A DNA stretch of 64,000 nt from assembly GCA_963767925.1 (NCBI GenBank), contig CAVYGB010000008.1, forward strand, positions 992,001 through 1,056,000. Direction: 5' to 3'. The notes below the pieces were generated by a model. The model had not been told where the DNA came from. It saw nothing but the letters and a program-made list of their open reading frames with translations, and did not search any database. A program made the position numbers and the translations under genes. This DNA is from an uncultured delta proteobacterium (lineage in GTDB: Bacteria > Myxococcota_A > Polyangia > Fen-1088). Positions 8,923 to 18,779 of the stretch are shown here, one piece after another. The number at the start of each line of letters is the position of its first letter. Position 1 is the stretch's first letter.

Positions 8923-9498
8923 TCAACCGACCACGGCCAGCTTCAGCTTGTGGTACCCCGACAGGAGCTGCTGGTGGAGGGCGTGGGCCCGGTTGGCCAG
9001 CTCCTCGAACTCGATGGTCCGGGCCTGTCCCGCCAGCTCCTGGGCCCGCTGCGACAGGGCGAACATCTGGGCGATCAGGTCGCGGGCCTGATCGGTCTGG
9101 TTGCTGGCGCCGGGGGCACGCTTGCCCATGGCGGCCGCGCTGTCGTTGAGCGCGGACGCCTCCTTGCCGAGCGCCTCGAACTGCCCGAGGAGACCGCGCA
9201 GGTCCTCCATGCGCTGCTTGACCGCCGGGACGCGCTCGAGCGTGGCCCGCGCCAGGCGCTCCTGCTGATCGCGGGCCGCCCCCACCGCGTCGGCCATGCG
9301 CTGGCCACACTGGCCCAGCCGCTGCTCGCTGGCGGCGATCTGACCGAGGGTCTCGTTGGCCCGCTCGAGCTGCTTGGTGCTGCCGAGCTGGGCCCGCTGA
9401 AAGGCCTCGCTGAGCTGGGCGTAGGTCGAGAGCTCGGCCTCGAACGCCTGGACCGCCTCGACGAGCGGCGACTCCCCCTGACTCTTTCTGACCGCCAT
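8923..9498 (-). CDS. Hypothetical coiled-coil protein
   Basis: From MAVRKSQGES; helical A/E/Q/L-rich heptads and GC3-biased codons. Confidence 0.7.
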   Translation of the reverse strand: MAVRKSQGESPLVEAVQAFEAELSTYAQLSEAFQRAQLGSTKQLERANETLGQIAASEQRLGQCGQRMADAVGAARDQQERLARATLERVPAVKQRMEDLRGLLGQFEALGKEASALNDSAAAMGKRAPGASNQTDQARDLIAQMFALSQRAQELAGQARTIEFEELANRAHALHQQLLSGYHKLKLAVVG

Positions 9499-9542
9499 GG
9501 CCGCCGAGTCTGGCACAAAGGGCCGTCGGGGCGGAGGGACCC

Positions 9543-9571
9543 TTGGCAAGCCGGCCGGCCGGCCGTACCTT
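9543..9571 (+). promoter_or_regulatory. Putative sigma70 promoter, leaderless configuration
   Basis: TTGGCA-N17-TACCTT, 7 nt before ATG 9579. Confidence 0.45.
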
Positions 9572-9578
9572 GACCGGC

Positions 9579-9875
9579 ATGGACGTTCCCGTGGCGGATT
9601 CCGAGGACAAGACCGTGGTGGACCTGAGCGGGCAGCGCGCCAGCGGCGGCGCGCTCGAGGGCGTGATCGACCTGCCCGGATCGCGGTCATTGATCCACGT
9701 CAAGCTGCCCGCGGCCAGCGTGCCCGGGCGCGCCGAGGCGATCCACGGCCGGGACCGCTGGAACGCCAAACACTACTGGAGCATCGACGCCGAGACGGTG
9801 GCTTACGAGTTCGACGGGCCCCTGCCGGCCGGCCAGATCCGGCTGCGGGTGCCCGTCACCCCCGCCCGGGTCTGA
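9579..9875 (+). CDS. Hypothetical small beta-rich protein
   Basis: Fills the gap between genes, has typical codon bias and a promoter-like motif directly upstream. Confidence 0.6.
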   Translation: MDVPVADSEDKTVVDLSGQRASGGALEGVIDLPGSRSLIHVKLPAASVPGRAEAIHGRDRWNAKHYWSIDAETVAYEFDGPLPAGQIRLRVPVTPARV

Positions 9876-9894
9876 CCGGGCGGCCCGGCTGCCG

Positions 9895-10620
9895 CTAGCG
9901 GGAGACGGCGAAGAAGACCGTCACGCTCGCCGCCACCTCGAGGCTGCCGGCCTCGAAGGGGGTGGCGGTGGCGTCGAGGGCGGCCTTGGAGACCTCCTGG
10001 AACGGCACCAGGCGCCCGTGATCGCTGTCGCTGACCGAGACCACGTTCCCGAGCTTCAACCCCAGCGCACCGGCCAGCGCGGTGGCCCGGGCGCGGGCCT
10101 TGCCAGCGGCGAGCTTGAGCGCCTCGGCCTGCACCGGATCCGGGTTCTTGAGGGTGAAGATGAGGCGCTGCACCTCGTTGGCGCCCTGCTTGAGCGCCAG
10201 GTCGACGATCTTGCCCGCGCTCTTGACGTCCGGGATGCGGACCCGCACGACGTTGGTCACCACGTAGCCGACGATGGCCGGCTTCTCGCGGGGCTTGGGC
10301 TCGGCGTGACGCTGGGTGACCATGTAGCCGACCGTCTTCACCTCGCCGCCGGCGCCGACCTGCTTCTTGAGGGCGGCCACCAGGCCTTCCATCTTGCGGT
10401 TGTTCTCGGCGGCGGCCGCCTCGGCGGTGGCCGCCTCGCTGACCACCCCCACGTCGAGCTCGGCGAGGTCGGGCTTGGCCGAGACCGTCGCCTCACCCAC
10501 GACCCGGATGGTCCCGGGTGGGGAGGCGTAGGGGTCCTGGGCCCGCGCCGTGGTCGGGCTGGCGCTGATGGCGAGCATCAGGAACAGCGGCGCAGCCCGG
10601 AAAATGGTCAGGTTCAGCAT
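9895..10620 (-). CDS. SIMPL (DUF541) domain exported protein
   Basis: Signal peptide; TIRVVGEATVSAKPDLAELDVGV, GYVVTNVVRV, GANEV and ALAGALGLKLG. RBS GGGAGG. Confidence 0.9.
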   Translation of the reverse strand: MLNLTIFRAAPLFLMLAISASPTTARAQDPYASPPGTIRVVGEATVSAKPDLAELDVGVVSEAATAEAAAAENNRKMEGLVAALKKQVGAGGEVKTVGYMVTQRHAEPKPREKPAIVGYVVTNVVRVRIPDVKSAGKIVDLALKQGANEVQRLIFTLKNPDPVQAEALKLAAGKARARATALAGALGLKLGNVVSVSDSDHGRLVPFQEVSKAALDATATPFEAGSLEVAASVTVFFAVSR

Positions 10621-10714
10621 GTAATCCTCCCAACGACTCCTCTGGCATACTCCACCGGGCCTGCCGCCGCCAGCGGGGAACCGATGGTCTCCCGCAGCAA
10701 GGGCCGGTCCGGCC

Positions 10715-11875
10715 TCACTCGACGAAGCTCCGCTCGTAGCCGGCGTCCTCGATGGCCTGCGCCGTCGAGGTGACCTGGAGCGGGGCGTAGGTGTCGAGCA
10801 TGACCGCGAGCTCATCGGTGCGCTGCGCGCCGATGCTTGCCTCGTAGGCGCCCGGATGGGGCCCGTGCATCACGCCGGCCGGGTGGTGCGAGATGCTGCC
10901 TGGCCCCACGCCCCGCCGGGAGGTGAAGTTGCCCCGGCAGTAGAAGATGAACTCGTCGCAGTCGACCGAGGAGTGGGGGTACGGGCAGGGGATGGCGTCC
11001 GGACCGAAGTCGAGCGGGCGGGGCACGAAGCTGCACACGAGCGCGCCGCGGGCGCCGAAGGTGCCGTGCCAGGTGGGCGGCAGGTGGATGGCGCTCACCC
11101 GGGGCTGGAAGGCGAGGATGGGGAAGGCCCAGGGGTAGACGGTGCCGTCCCAGCCCACGAGGTCGAGCGGCGGGTGGCGGTGAACGAACCCGTGGAAGGC
11201 GCCCTGCCGCTTGATGAGGACGTGGCGCAGGCCTTCGTCGCTGGGCCCCTTGAACTCGGGCGTGCGAAAGTCCCGGTGGGTGTAGGGGGCGTCCATGCGG
11301 AGCTGGCCGGTCTCGTTGCGCCACTGGCGCAGCAGCGACAGCCCGCCCAGGCACTCGATCCCGAGCCAGTACTGCGGCTGGCCGGGCTCGGGCAAGAAGC
11401 GGTGCAGGATTCCCTTGGGGACGAAGACGTAGTCCCCCTCGCCGAAGGCCAGGTCGCCAAAGGGGGAGCGCAGGGTGCCGCCCCCGGCGAACACGTAGAA
11501 CAGGTCGTCGCCATCGCCGTTGAGGAAGTAGACCGGGTCGGGGGCGGTCGGTCGCAACACCGAGAGGACCACGTCGCCGTTGAACAGCAGGGGCGCCCGG
11601 CCGTCCACCGCCGGTCCGGGCGGCAGCTCGAGATCCTGGGAGCGGTAGTGCCGCTTGGCCAGGCCGGGGGTGGGGGCGGCGACCGGCAGCCTCCAGCCGT
11701 GGGGCACCTCGGCCGCCACGGCGGCGTGGGGCCGCTCGCGGTGGTAGGCGATGGTGAAGGGCCCGTCGAACCCCCCGCGGGTCAGGCACTCCTCGTAGTA
11801 GAGGCCACCTTCCGGCTTGCGGAAGACGGTGTGCGGCTTGCGGGGGAGGCTGCCAGCGCTGCGACGATCGATCAT
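10715..11875 (-). CDS. hmgA: Homogentisate 1,2-dioxygenase
   Basis: From MIDRRSAG (ATG 11875). NGDGDDL, DLVGWDG, HLPPTWH, PYPHSSVDCDE, HGPHPG and ELAVMLDT. Confidence 0.93.
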   Translation of the reverse strand: MIDRRSAGSLPRKPHTVFRKPEGGLYYEECLTRGGFDGPFTIAYHRERPHAAVAAEVPHGWRLPVAAPTPGLAKRHYRSQDLELPPGPAVDGRAPLLFNGDVVLSVLRPTAPDPVYFLNGDGDDLFYVFAGGGTLRSPFGDLAFGEGDYVFVPKGILHRFLPEPGQPQYWLGIECLGGLSLLRQWRNETGQLRMDAPYTHRDFRTPEFKGPSDEGLRHVLIKRQGAFHGFVHRHPPLDLVGWDGTVYPWAFPILAFQPRVSAIHLPPTWHGTFGARGALVCSFVPRPLDFGPDAIPCPYPHSSVDCDEFIFYCRGNFTSRRGVGPGSISHHPAGVMHGPHPGAYEASIGAQRTDELAVMLDTYAPLQVTSTAQAIEDAGYERSFVE

Positions 11876-11879
11876 CGGA

Positions 11880-13037
11880 TCACGAGATGCGGCGGTCGAA
11901 GCGCTGCTGCCGTTCGATGCTCTCGAACAGGGCCCGGAAGTTGCCCGCGCCGAAGCCGTTCGAGCCCTTGCGCTGGATGATCTCGAAGAAGAAGGGCCCC
12001 GCCTCGGGGTCGTGCAGGCGGCTGGCCGCCTCCTTGAGGAAGATCTGCAGCAGGTATTGCCGGGGGCCCTCGCCGTCGACCAGGACCTCCAGCTCGCGCA
12101 AGGTGGCGATGTCCTCGTCGATGCTGCCGACGCCCAGACGCTCGAGGCGGGCGGGCAGCAGGTCGTAGTAGGCCGCGGGCGTCGACATGAACTCGGCCCC
12201 CCGCTCGCGCAGCCCACGCACGGCGGTCAAGATGTCGGGGACCGAGAGGGCGGCGTGCTGGACGCCGTCACCCCGGTGGTCCTCGGCGAAGATGTTGATC
12301 TGGGAGGACTTGAAGAACGGGCGCAGCGGCTCGTTGTTGGCGAACTTGATGCGGGAGGAGGGCTCGATCATGACGACCGACTTGAGCCCCGATCCCTGGG
12401 CCTGCGAGGGGTTCACGTCGTTGGTGTGGAACTTGACCGACCAGAACTGCTCCATCCCCAGGACGTGCTCCATCCAGAGCAGGGCGGGGGTCATGGTCTG
12501 GAAGTTCGAGGTCAGGTGGTCGACCCGCTTGAAGCGGAAGCGGTTCTCTCCACCCCGGGGCTGGTCGTGCATCTGCAGGCCGGGGTAGAGCGAGCGGAAG
12601 CCCTTGCGCTCCAGGAAGCGGAAGGTCGTGTCGCCAAAGGGGGTCGTGATCGAGAACATGGCCAGGCTGCCACCTTCGTCCTCGAAGCGCTCGATGTCCC
12701 CGATCATGGTGCCGCCGCGCTCCTCGAGCAGGCGGAAGGTGTGCTCGATGTCGTCTACCTCGAAGACCACCGTGCCCACCCCTTCGGGGTGCTTGCGCAG
12801 GTAGCGCCAGGCCCGGCCACCTTCGCCCTGGGGCGCGCAGACCACGACGTGGACGTCGCCCGCCTCGAACAGGGCCGAGCGCTGGCGGCCGCGGGCGGTG
12901 AGCTCCGGTCCCGACTCGCCCATCTCGGCGAAGTCGAGCGTGCCGAGCATGAAGGTGCGCACGGCGGCCAGGTCGTGGACGTAATAGACCAGCGCCCCGA
13001 TCTTGCGGATTCCCAGCGCCTCGCGGGCGTTGCTCAT
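11880..13037 (-). CDS. hppD: 4-hydroxyphenylpyruvate dioxygenase
   Basis: VDHLTSN, SQINIF, GVQHAAL, LLQIF and FFEIIQRKG..GFGAGNFRALFESIE. Confidence 0.95.
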   Translation of the reverse strand: MSNAREALGIRKIGALVYYVHDLAAVRTFMLGTLDFAEMGESGPELTARGRQRSALFEAGDVHVVVCAPQGEGGRAWRYLRKHPEGVGTVVFEVDDIEHTFRLLEERGGTMIGDIERFEDEGGSLAMFSITTPFGDTTFRFLERKGFRSLYPGLQMHDQPRGGENRFRFKRVDHLTSNFQTMTPALLWMEHVLGMEQFWSVKFHTNDVNPSQAQGSGLKSVVMIEPSSRIKFANNEPLRPFFKSSQINIFAEDHRGDGVQHAALSVPDILTAVRGLRERGAEFMSTPAAYYDLLPARLERLGVGSIDEDIATLRELEVLVDGEGPRQYLLQIFLKEAASRLHDPEAGPFFFEIIQRKGSNGFGAGNFRALFESIERQQRFDRRIS

Positions 13038-14026
13038 GGCATCGTCCCCCGTTCGACGTTCTGTACGCTCTGCTCGATCGCCCCGAACAGGCTGCGGCCG
13101 GTCGGCTCGAGCACCTCGATGCGGATCTTGTCACCCGGCTTGAGGTAAGGCGTCTGGGTCGTCCCCGACGCCAGGGTCTCGCGCATGCGCCGCTCGACAA
13201 GGCACGACACGCCGCGGGTGGGGTCTTCGTTGGACACCGTCCCCGAGCCGACGATGGTGCCGGCGGTCAGCGCCCGGGTCCGGGCCACGTGGCTGACGAG
13301 GTCGAAGAACGAAAAGTGCATCTCGCCCGCCTGACACTGCCCCACCGTGGCGCCGTTCAAGGTGCAGCGGACCTCCAGGTGGATCCGGCCGTCGCGCCAG
13401 GCGCCGTCCAGCTCGTCGGGGGTCACGGCGAAGGGGGCGAAGGCGGTCGAGGGTTTGGACTGGACGAAGCCGAACCCCTTGGCCAGCTCGGGCGGCACCA
13501 GGTTCCGCAAGGTGACGTCGTTGAGCAGGCACAGCAGGCGGACCGAGCCGGCGGCCTGCGCGGGCGAGGCCCCCCGGGCGACGTCGCCGAGGATCACGCC
13601 GAGCTCCGCCTCGTAGTCGAGCCCCAGGGCGGGATCCACGAAGGGGAGCGGATCGCGTGGGCCCAGCAGCACGCCCGAGCCGCCCTGATAGATCAGCGGA
13701 TCGGTCAGCAGGGCGGGCGGCAGGTCGGCCCCCCGCGACCTGCGCGCGAGGCGCACGTGGCTGAGGAAGGCCGATCCGTCGAGCCACTCGTAGGCCCGGG
13801 GCAACGGCGCGGTCAGCCCCTCGGGATCGAGCGGCTCGCCCGGCTCCTGCCCACCCTCGAGGCGGGCCGCGAGGACCCGCAGCTCGCCCTCGGCCCGGGC
13901 CCAGTCGTCGAGCGCTGCCTGCAGCGTGGGGGCGATCCCCGTGGCGCGGGCGAAGCGGGCGCCGTCTCTCCGGACCACCACCAGGGTGCCGTCCCGCCCC
14001 CCGGCTCGCAGCGTGGACAATCGCAT
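13034..14026 (-). CDS. fahA: Fumarylacetoacetate hydrolase family protein
   Basis: DYEAELGV, LNDVTLRN, FVQSKP and GTIVGSGTVSN; in operon with hppD and hmgA. Confidence 0.85.
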   Translation of the reverse strand: MRLSTLRAGGRDGTLVVVRRDGARFARATGIAPTLQAALDDWARAEGELRVLAARLEGGQEPGEPLDPEGLTAPLPRAYEWLDGSAFLSHVRLARRSRGADLPPALLTDPLIYQGGSGVLLGPRDPLPFVDPALGLDYEAELGVILGDVARGASPAQAAGSVRLLCLLNDVTLRNLVPPELAKGFGFVQSKPSTAFAPFAVTPDELDGAWRDGRIHLEVRCTLNGATVGQCQAGEMHFSFFDLVSHVARTRALTAGTIVGSGTVSNEDPTRGVSCLVERRMRETLASGTTQTPYLKPGDKIRIEVLEPTGRSLFGAIEQSVQNVERGTMP

Positions 14027-14075
14027 GGCCAGGAAAGTATACGCCCCCGATCCCCGTCCCGCCGGATCGGGGGGG

Positions 14076-14909
14076 TCAGGCCGCCGCGAGGAGGATCAGG
14101 AGCACGACGAGCTCGCTGGCCTGCTGGGTGGCCCCCAGGAAATCCCCGGTGATGCCCCCGGCCCGCCGGTGAAAGCGCCAGGCGCCCACCAGGGCCACGA
14201 TCGCGGTCCCGGCGGCGGCGCCGGCCGCCACCGCCCAGGGCAGCGCGCCCAGCCCGACCGCGCCGGCCAGCACGAGGAGGGTGGCGCCGGTGGCGGCGGC
14301 GACAACCGGGACACCCACCCGCATCAGATCGGCGCTGCGGGCGACGCTGTCCGGGGTGACGTAGGGGAGGGCGGCCATCATCCAGGGCAGGGGCGCGCGC
14401 GACAGGACCGCGGCGAGGACGAAGGCAGCGGGGCCCCGGGGTCCCAGCGCGGCGAGCGCCTCGATCCGGATGAAGAGGGTGAGGACCAGCGCCAGCACGC
14501 CGTAGGTCCCGAGGCGGCTGTCCTTGAGGATCGCGAACAGCCGCTCGCGGGAGTAGGCTCCCCCGAGGGCGTCGGCGGTGTCGGCCAGGCCGTCCTCGTG
14601 CAGGGCCCCGGTGGCCAGCAACATCAGGCCCACCGTGAGGGCGGCGGCGAGCCGCGCGCCCAGCGGCGGCCCGAGACCCAGCAAGGCGAGCGCGCCCAGC
14701 AGGCCCAGGCCCAGGCCCACCACGGGCAAGAAGGCGGCCGCCCAGCGGCGGGCCTCGTCCGCCAGCGGCCGGGCGCCCACGGGAAAGCGGGTGAGCAGCA
14801 TGCAGGCCGCCCGCAGCCCGTCGAGCAGGATCACCCCCGGGCGCGCGCCTGGCCTGGCGCCGGACGGCGTCTGCGGGGTGGCCAGGCTCGGCTCGGACAC
14901 GGGCGGCAT
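14076..14909 (-). CDS. cobS: Adenosylcobinamide-GDP ribazoletransferase (cobalamin synthase)
   Basis: LLTRFP, TGALHEDGLADTADA, ILKDSRLGTYG and GGITGDFLGA. Start uncertain. Confidence 0.93.
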   Translation of the reverse strand: MPPVSEPSLATPQTPSGARPGARPGVILLDGLRAACMLLTRFPVGARPLADEARRWAAAFLPVVGLGLGLLGALALLGLGPPLGARLAAALTVGLMLLATGALHEDGLADTADALGGAYSRERLFAILKDSRLGTYGVLALVLTLFIRIEALAALGPRGPAAFVLAAVLSRAPLPWMMAALPYVTPDSVARSADLMRVGVPVVAAATGATLLVLAGAVGLGALPWAVAAGAAAGTAIVALVGAWRFHRRAGGITGDFLGATQQASELVVLLILLAAA

Positions 14910-14956
14910 CCTTTCAGCTCGCCTCCACGCCGACAAGGCGGCTGTATAACCGGGCC

Positions 14957-15541
14957 GTGGTAATCGAGAAGGACGATCGCGAGGGCGGCCCGCGCCTCGT
15001 GCTGGTGGGCGGTGGCGTCCGCTCGGGCAAGAGCGCCTTCGCCCTGGCCTATGCCCGCCGGCTGGCCGGGCACCCCGTGTTCCTGGCCACCGCCCGGGCG
15101 GGCGACGACGAGATGGTGGCCCGCATCGGGCGCCACCGGGCCGAGCGCGGCGCCGCCTTCGAGACGCGCGAGGAGCCGATCGCCCTGGTGGAAGCGCTGC
15201 AGGCCATCGCCGCCGATCGCCTGGTGCTTGTCGACTGCTTGACCCTGTGGCTCTCGAACCTCCTGCTCGGGGACGTGCCGGACGACGCCATCCTCGCGCG
15301 CGTCGACGAGCTGGCCCGCACCGCCCGGGCCCGCCCGGGGACGACGGTTGTCGTCACCAACGAGGTGGGGATGGGCGTGGTGCCCGAATCGGCGCTCGGC
15401 CGCCGCTTCCGCGACCTGGCGGGCATGGCCCACCAGCGCCTGGCCCAGGCGGCCGACGAGACCTACGCGGCGATCCTGGGGGTCGTGGTGCGGCTGTATC
15501 CCGCGCCGCTGCAGACCTTCAGGGCCGGCGAGGCGCCTTGA
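14957..15541 (+). CDS. cobU: Bifunctional adenosylcobinamide kinase / guanylyltransferase
   Basis: [41 protein letters not shown] and RFRDLAG. Confidence 0.95.
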   Translation: MVIEKDDREGGPRLVLVGGGVRSGKSAFALAYARRLAGHPVFLATARAGDDEMVARIGRHRAERGAAFETREEPIALVEALQAIAADRLVLVDCLTLWLSNLLLGDVPDDAILARVDELARTARARPGTTVVVTNEVGMGVVPESALGRRFRDLAGMAHQRLAQAADETYAAILGVVVRLYPAPLQTFRAGEAP

Positions 15542-15596
15542 CCAGGCGGCGCTGGTCAGACCGGGCAACTCTTGCGACACTGCCCGGGGAGCGTTG

Positions 15597-16538
15597 ATGA
15601 GCCACATCGGGATGTCCGCGATGGAGACGTTGCTGGTCCTGGGCGGCGCGCTGCTGTGGGACCGCCTGTTCGGCGAGCCGCCCGCGGGGATGCATCCGGT
15701 CGTGTGGATGGGACGCGTCATCTCCTGGTGCGAGAAGCGGACGCGGCGGGGTCCGCCGGCCAACCAGCTCCTGCAGGGGGCCGCCATCGCCGTCGGGGTG
15801 CCGACCCTGTTCGCGGCCGGCACCGCGCTGGTCCTGCTGGGGCTGTCCGATACGCCCTGGCTGCGCTTGCTGGTGAGCGTGTGGCTGCTGAAGTCCACCT
15901 TCGCGGTCAGCGCCCTCGGGGCCGCTGCGACCGAGGTCCGACGCGCGCTCGCCCTCGGTGATCTGCCGGCGGCCCGCGCGGCCCTCGGCAGCCTGTGCAG
16001 CCGCGACGCCTCGGAGCTCGACGCGGCCGGGGTGGCGGCGGGCGCGGTGGAGTCGGTCGCCGAGAACACCGCCGACAGCGTTGTGGCGCCGCTGCTGTTC
16101 TTCGTTGTGTTCGGGCTGCCGGGCGCGATCTTCTACCGGGCGGTCAACACCCTCGACGCCCGCATCGGCTACCACGGGCGCTACGAGTTCCTGGGCAAGG
16201 CCTCGGCCCGGCTCGACGATCTGCTGAACTGGGTGCCGGCCCGGCTCGCGGCGGGCCTGCTGCTGCTGGCCGGGGCCTGGCACCGGCTCGACGCCCGGCG
16301 GGGCTGGCAGGTGCTGGTGCGCGACGGCGGAGCCACCGAGAGCCCGAACGCGGGCCGGCCCATGGCGGCCATGGCCGGTCTGCTCGGCGTGCGCCTGGAG
16401 AAGCCGGGGCACTACGCCCTCGGCGACGCCACCTCCCCGGTCGGGCCGCAGACCATCGCCCTCGCCTGGCAGGTGGCCCGCGCCGCCGCCATGTTCGCCT
16501 TCGTCGCCGCCGCCCTCGCCATCCGGGCGGCGACCTGA
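15597..16538 (+). CDS. cbiB: Adenosylcobinamide-phosphate synthase
   Basis: [47 protein letters not shown] and LEKPGHY. Start may be 15612 or 15621. Confidence 0.93.
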   Translation: MSHIGMSAMETLLVLGGALLWDRLFGEPPAGMHPVVWMGRVISWCEKRTRRGPPANQLLQGAAIAVGVPTLFAAGTALVLLGLSDTPWLRLLVSVWLLKSTFAVSALGAAATEVRRALALGDLPAARAALGSLCSRDASELDAAGVAAGAVESVAENTADSVVAPLLFFVVFGLPGAIFYRAVNTLDARIGYHGRYEFLGKASARLDDLLNWVPARLAAGLLLLAGAWHRLDARRGWQVLVRDGGATESPNAGRPMAAMAGLLGVRLEKPGHYALGDATSPVGPQTIALAWQVARAAAMFAFVAAALAIRAAT

Positions 16539-16548
16539 GCCCCGCCGC

Positions 16549-17016
16549 TCACAGGTCCTCCTCGCTCAGCACCTCGATGCCGTGGGCGGCGAGCAGCGCC
16601 GCCGTGACGCCCGGACCGGGGCGGATGAGCCCCTGGAACGATCCGTCGGCGATGCGGTGGCTGCCGCAGGAGGGGCTGCCCTCCTTGAGCACCGCCAGCC
16701 GGATCCCTTCGCGCTGGCAGAGCGTCAGGGCGGCCTCCGCGCCCCGGCGGTACCCGGCGCTGACGTCGGCGCCCCGGTCGTCGTGGACCGCGGCTCCGCC
16801 CTTCCAGAAGGCGCCACCGTCGCCGCCGACCAGCTCGGCCCGCGGCCGGGGGATCGCGAAGCCGCCCTCCACCTCCGGGCAGAAGGGCACCACCCGGCCC
16901 GCCGCCAGCCAGGCGACGAGGCGCGGGTTCAGGCAGGTCTTCGCCCTCCCGTCGTAGCGCACCGGTCTGCCGAGCAGGCAGGCGCTGACCAGGATCTTGC
17001 CTCCCGGATCGAACAC
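16549..17016 (-). CDS. DUF523 family (TudS-like Fe-S thiouracil desulfidase)
   Basis: VSACLLG..VRYDG, FCPEVEGG..PRP, LKEGSPSCGS and GVTAALL. Confidence 0.88.
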   Translation of the reverse strand: MFDPGGKILVSACLLGRPVRYDGRAKTCLNPRLVAWLAAGRVVPFCPEVEGGFAIPRPRAELVGGDGGAFWKGGAAVHDDRGADVSAGYRRGAEAALTLCQREGIRLAVLKEGSPSCGSHRIADGSFQGLIRPGPGVTAALLAAHGIEVLSEEDL

Positions 17017-17034
17017 CGGACCAGGATACCGCGG

Positions 17035-18003
17035 TCAGGGCGCGAGGTCGGGGTAGGCCTTGGCGAACAGGAGCTCGGCGGCGTCGAGCATCGCGGCGCC
17101 CGGCTCCTCGATCAGGCCCCCGGGCAGGGTCAACACCTGGCCAGGCCGGCGGCAGGCGGTCAGCGCCTTCAGCCCCGGGTGGCCGCAGATGGTCTCGGCC
17201 AGGCCGTCGCGGGTGACGATGACCTCGGGATCGAGGGCGACGACCTGCTCGGAGCGGTACTCCGGCCAGCCCACGTGGTGGGCGGCGGCCACGTCGACAA
17301 GCCCGGCGTGGACCAGGACGTCGTGGAAGTTCGTGCCCCGGGTGCCGCCGTAGAGCTTGCCCCCCAGGGACCACAGGTAGAGGGCGCGCCGGCGGGGTCG
17401 CGCGCCGAGCGGGAGGGCCACCCGCCGCATCCGATCCCGGATGGCCTGGCCGAAGCGGCGGCCGCGTTCGCCGGCGCCCAGCAGCTCGCCCACGATCTCG
17501 GCGGTGGGGAGGAAGGTCTGCAGGCCCCGCAGCTCACCGAGGTTGAACACCTCGATGCCGGCGTCGAGCAGCCGCTCGATCCGCCCGTCGTTGCCGAACA
17601 CGTTCATGAGCACCAGGTCGGGGCGCAGGGCGATGATCGGCTCGAGCCGGCCGAAGCCGTCGATGGCCGGCTTGCCCGAGAAGCGCCAGGGCCAGGCGGA
17701 CTGCCTGGCGCTGGTGTTGCTGAAGGCGACGACCCGCTCGGGCTCGGCCAGCTCGACCAGCAGGCGATCGCTCAGCAGGTTGGTCGAGACGATGCGCCGG
17801 TAGGGCCGCAGGGGCACGACGTGGCCGGAGGCGTCCCGGATCCCCTGGCCCCCGCCGGGCAGCGCGACCCGCCGCACGGAGGTGACGGTCAGCTCGGCCC
17901 GACCGGCGGGCCGCTGCCCCGAGCGCGACTCCAGCCCGCCGAGCAGCGCCAGGGCGATCGCCGCCAGCACCGCGCCGCCGTTGAGCGCCGCCACCCGGCT
18001 CAC
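17035..18003 (-). CDS. ABC transporter substrate-binding protein (BtuF/Fe-siderophore class)
   Basis: GTG 18003 overlaps the ATPase stop. RIVSTNLLSDRLL, EPIIALRPDLV and EQVVALDPEVIV. Confidence 0.85.
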   Translation of the reverse strand: MSRVAALNGGAVLAAIALALLGGLESRSGQRPAGRAELTVTSVRRVALPGGGQGIRDASGHVVPLRPYRRIVSTNLLSDRLLVELAEPERVVAFSNTSARQSAWPWRFSGKPAIDGFGRLEPIIALRPDLVLMNVFGNDGRIERLLDAGIEVFNLGELRGLQTFLPTAEIVGELLGAGERGRRFGQAIRDRMRRVALPLGARPRRRALYLWSLGGKLYGGTRGTNFHDVLVHAGLVDVAAAHHVGWPEYRSEQVVALDPEVIVTRDGLAETICGHPGLKALTACRRPGQVLTLPGGLIEEPGAAMLDAAELLFAKAYPDLAP

Positions 18004-18779
18004 GGGCGGTCCCCGCGTGGCAGCCGGCAGGCGAACTCGGCGCCCGGGACCATCTCGACGCCGTACACCTGCCGGACCGGTTCGGGGGCGATCACCTCGG
18101 CGGCGGGGCCCATCTTCACGCAGCGGCCCTCCGCCAGCAGCAGCGCGCGGTCGGCCAGCGCCGCCGCCTCCTGGAGCTGGTGCAGCACCACCACGACCGC
18201 GGCGCCCGCCCGGGCCACCGCCCGGAGCGCCTCGAACAGGGCGAGGGCGTGGCCCACGTCGAGGGCGGCGGTCGGCTCGTCGAGCAAGAGCAGGGGGGCG
18301 GAGGTGGCAAGCGCGCGCGCCACCAGCACGCGCCGGCGCTCGCCGTACGACAGGGTGGTGAAGGGCCGGTCGGCCAGGCGACCGGTGTCGGTTGTGTGGA
18401 GGGCGGCCTCGATCGCGTCGACATCGGCCCGGGTGCGCCCCGCGAGCAGCCCCGCCCGGCCGTGGGCGAAGCGCCCCTGCTCGACCACCTCCCGTACCGG
18501 CAGGGGGGCGTCCAGCCCGGAGTGCTGCGGGACGTAGCTGCACAGGCGGGCCCGGGCGCGGGCGTCGAGCGCGCGGACCTCGGCTCCGGCCAGCCGGATC
18601 TCGCCCTGGTAGGGGAGAAAGCCGAGCACCGCCTTCAGCAGGGTGCTCTTGCCGGCGCCGTTGGGACCGAGCAGCACCGAGATGGACCCCGGCGGCGCGG
18701 AGAAGTCGACGTCGCGGAGGATGGTCCGGCCGCCGCGCTCGACGGTGAGAGCGCTGGCGACGAGGGGGCTGTCAGGCAT
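18000..18779 (-). CDS. ABC transporter ATPase (BtuD/FecE-like)
   Basis: GPNGAGKS, LSYGERRR, LLLDEPT and VVLH. Confidence 0.93.
   Translation of the reverse strand: MPDSPLVASALTVERGGRTILRDVDFSAPPGSISVLLGPNGAGKSTLLKAVLGFLPYQGEIRLAGAEVRALDARARARLCSYVPQHSGLDAPLPVREVVEQGRFAHGRAGLLAGRTRADVDAIEAALHTTDTGRLADRPFTTLSYGERRRVLVARALATSAPLLLLDEPTAALDVGHALALFEALRAVARAGAAVVVVLHQLQEAAALADRALLLAEGRCVKMGPAAEVIAPEPVRQVYGVEMVPGAEFACRLPRGDRP

Noticed and set aside
10715..14026. Novel pigment or secondary-metabolite cluster
   Set aside because: This is the ordinary homogentisate pathway (fahA-hppD-hmgA).
15539..15587. Two short tandem hairpins between cobU and cbiB
   Set aside because: Too short for a known riboswitch and no U-tract; not distinguishable from chance.
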